From: Candidatus Babelota bacterium
GTDB taxonomy: Bacteria; Babelota; Babeliae; Babelales; Vermiphilaceae
DNA: 64,000 nt
Reading direction: 5' to 3'
NCBI GenBank assembly: GCA_013287855.1
Contig: JABDCY010000001.1
Coordinates: 2,277-66,276 of the forward strand
A model generated the notes under the pieces. It saw only the letters and a list, made by a program, of their open reading frames with translations, was not told the DNA's origin and did not search any database. Both the position numbers and the translations under genes were made by a program. Positions 63,186 to 64,000 of this stretch are shown one piece after another; the first letter of the stretch is position 1; every line of letters starts with the position of its first letter.

Positions 63186-64000
63186 ATGTGGCACAAGACG
63201 TATGCGGTTTTTGTCAGCACGGGTATTTTTTTATCCTGTTTTGGTTTTGAAAAATTAACTATCTTGACACAATCACCAGTTGCTTCAGGGGGTTGGGTTG
63301 GTCATCCGGCTGTTAATAGCAGTATTTTGCGCGGACTTGCAGCTTTAGGGGTTAATCATAATTTTAATCCTCGCACTCTTGCTGAAATTGGGGATGCCGT
63401 CTTTGTACCAGCCGGCCAAGTGGCATTACAAACGGCAATTTCACTAAAACAACAAGGGAAAATACGAGTATTGTTAACTGGGCCAAATGTGGTAGCAAGA
63501 ATGACGGAACTTAATAGTATTGTAGCCCATCCTGCCGTTGATCGCTTTGTTGCTAATTGCGAATGGACCAAAATTTTTTGCGAAGGTAGCGAACCTAAAT
63601 TACATAATAGAGTTGTCATATGGCCTGCCGGTGTTGATTGCAAATATTGGAAACCAACCGGCAATACTAGCATGAGTAAACAAGTACTTGTGTATAAAAA
63701 AAATGTTGATGAATACTTTTGTCAGGAAGTGGAACACACTTTGAGAAGATATGGTTGGCAGCCGATGCGCATTACATATGGCGAATATGGCACAGATGGT
63801 TTTAAAAATATGCTTAATCAAGCACGGTTTGCGGTATTTTTAAGTAGATCAGAATCACAAGGCATTGCTCTAGCAGAATGTTGGTCATGTAACGTGCCAA
63901 CGCTTGTTTGGGATATTCAACAGCCACTTTCATATTTAGAATATTCCATATGGCCTGTTTCCGCAGCCCCTTACCTGACAAACGCCACCGGCCAATTCTG
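63186..64000 (+). CDS. putative GT-B glycosyltransferase, N-terminal 271 codons (runs off right edge)
   Basis: ATG at 63186 after AAGGGGGG. I translated it by hand and found it stop-free to 64000; it is absent from the ORF track because no stop lies in the window. Leader MWHKTYAVFVSTGIFLSCFG. FLSRSESQGIALAECWSCNVPTLVWD resembles the GT1/GT4 E-x7-E region. Confidence 0.6.
   Translation, partial: MWHKTYAVFVSTGIFLSCFGFEKLTILTQSPVASGGWVGHPAVNSSILRGLAALGVNHNFNPRTLAEIGDAVFVPAGQVALQTAISLKQQGKIRVLLTGPNVVARMTELNSIVAHPAVDRFVANCEWTKIFCEGSEPKLHNRVVIWPAGVDCKYWKPTGNTSMSKQVLVYKKNVDEYFCQEVEHTLRRYGWQPMRITYGEYGTDGFKNMLNQARFAVFLSRSESQGIALAECWSCNVPTLVWDIQQPLSYLEYSIWPVSAAPYLTNATGQF

Noticed and set aside
63356-63821. 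ORFs 63356-63673 and 63600-63821 on the minus strand
   Set aside because: They are antisense to a longer stop-free plus-strand frame (63186 to the window end) that has an SD, a leader and a GT-B-like motif.
1-64000. CRISPR arrays, rRNA/tRNA genes, prophage, integrase or transposase genes
   Set aside because: No regularly spaced direct repeats, no rRNA-like GC-rich conserved stretches, no cloverleaf candidates in intergenic regions and no recombinase-like ORFs were seen by eye. A tRNAscan/Infernal run would be needed to exclude small RNAs formally.

Overview
AT-rich bacterial chromosome segment with compact operons, SD-type ribosome-binding sites and rho-independent terminators. An unusually large share of the proteins carry N-terminal hydrophobic leaders, which suggests an obligate host-associated or intracellular lineage. 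A Dependentiae/TM6-like origin is only my guess. No rRNA, tRNA, CRISPR array, transposase or integrase was recognised.

Layout:
(i) 0-23 kb holds housekeeping genes: MBL hydrolase, leuS, VanX-type dipeptidase, DEAD-box helicase, rpsA, ndk, HD hydrolase, nusB, efp, glyA and an FKBP. These are interleaved with small leader-bearing ORFans and with GC-rich nested repeats.
(ii) 23.1-26.1 kb holds four tandem paralogs encoding leader-bearing proteins built from eukaryote-type C2H2 zinc-finger pairs.
(iii) 26-64 kb is a very large glycan-biosynthesis island. It has at least 11 glycosyltransferases (GT2, GT4, GT-C-like, GT6, GT61 and unclassified), about 8 SAM methyltransferases, an AsnB-type amidotransferase, a Wzx-type flippase, an SGNH esterase and two sugar-nucleotide SDR enzymes.

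The most unusual signal is in 49.6-64 kb. Nearly every enzyme there carries a signal/anchor peptide, giving a Golgi-like type II layout, including the NAD(P)- and UDP-sugar-dependent ones. Several are eukaryote- or giant-virus-type: an ABO-like GT6 with an intact DXD motif, a plant/Mimivirus-type NRS/ER, and a GT61.

A 28-nt REP-like unit occurs 8 times. Three copies lie in frame inside coding sequence, as with Rickettsia palindromic elements. Two inversely oriented GC-rich mosaic elements of about 0.5 kb bracket 8 kb of essential genes. Two small MITE-like elements are also present.

All calls come from reading the sequence and ORF track by eye. Alignments to reference proteins are from memory, and no statistics or database searches were run.
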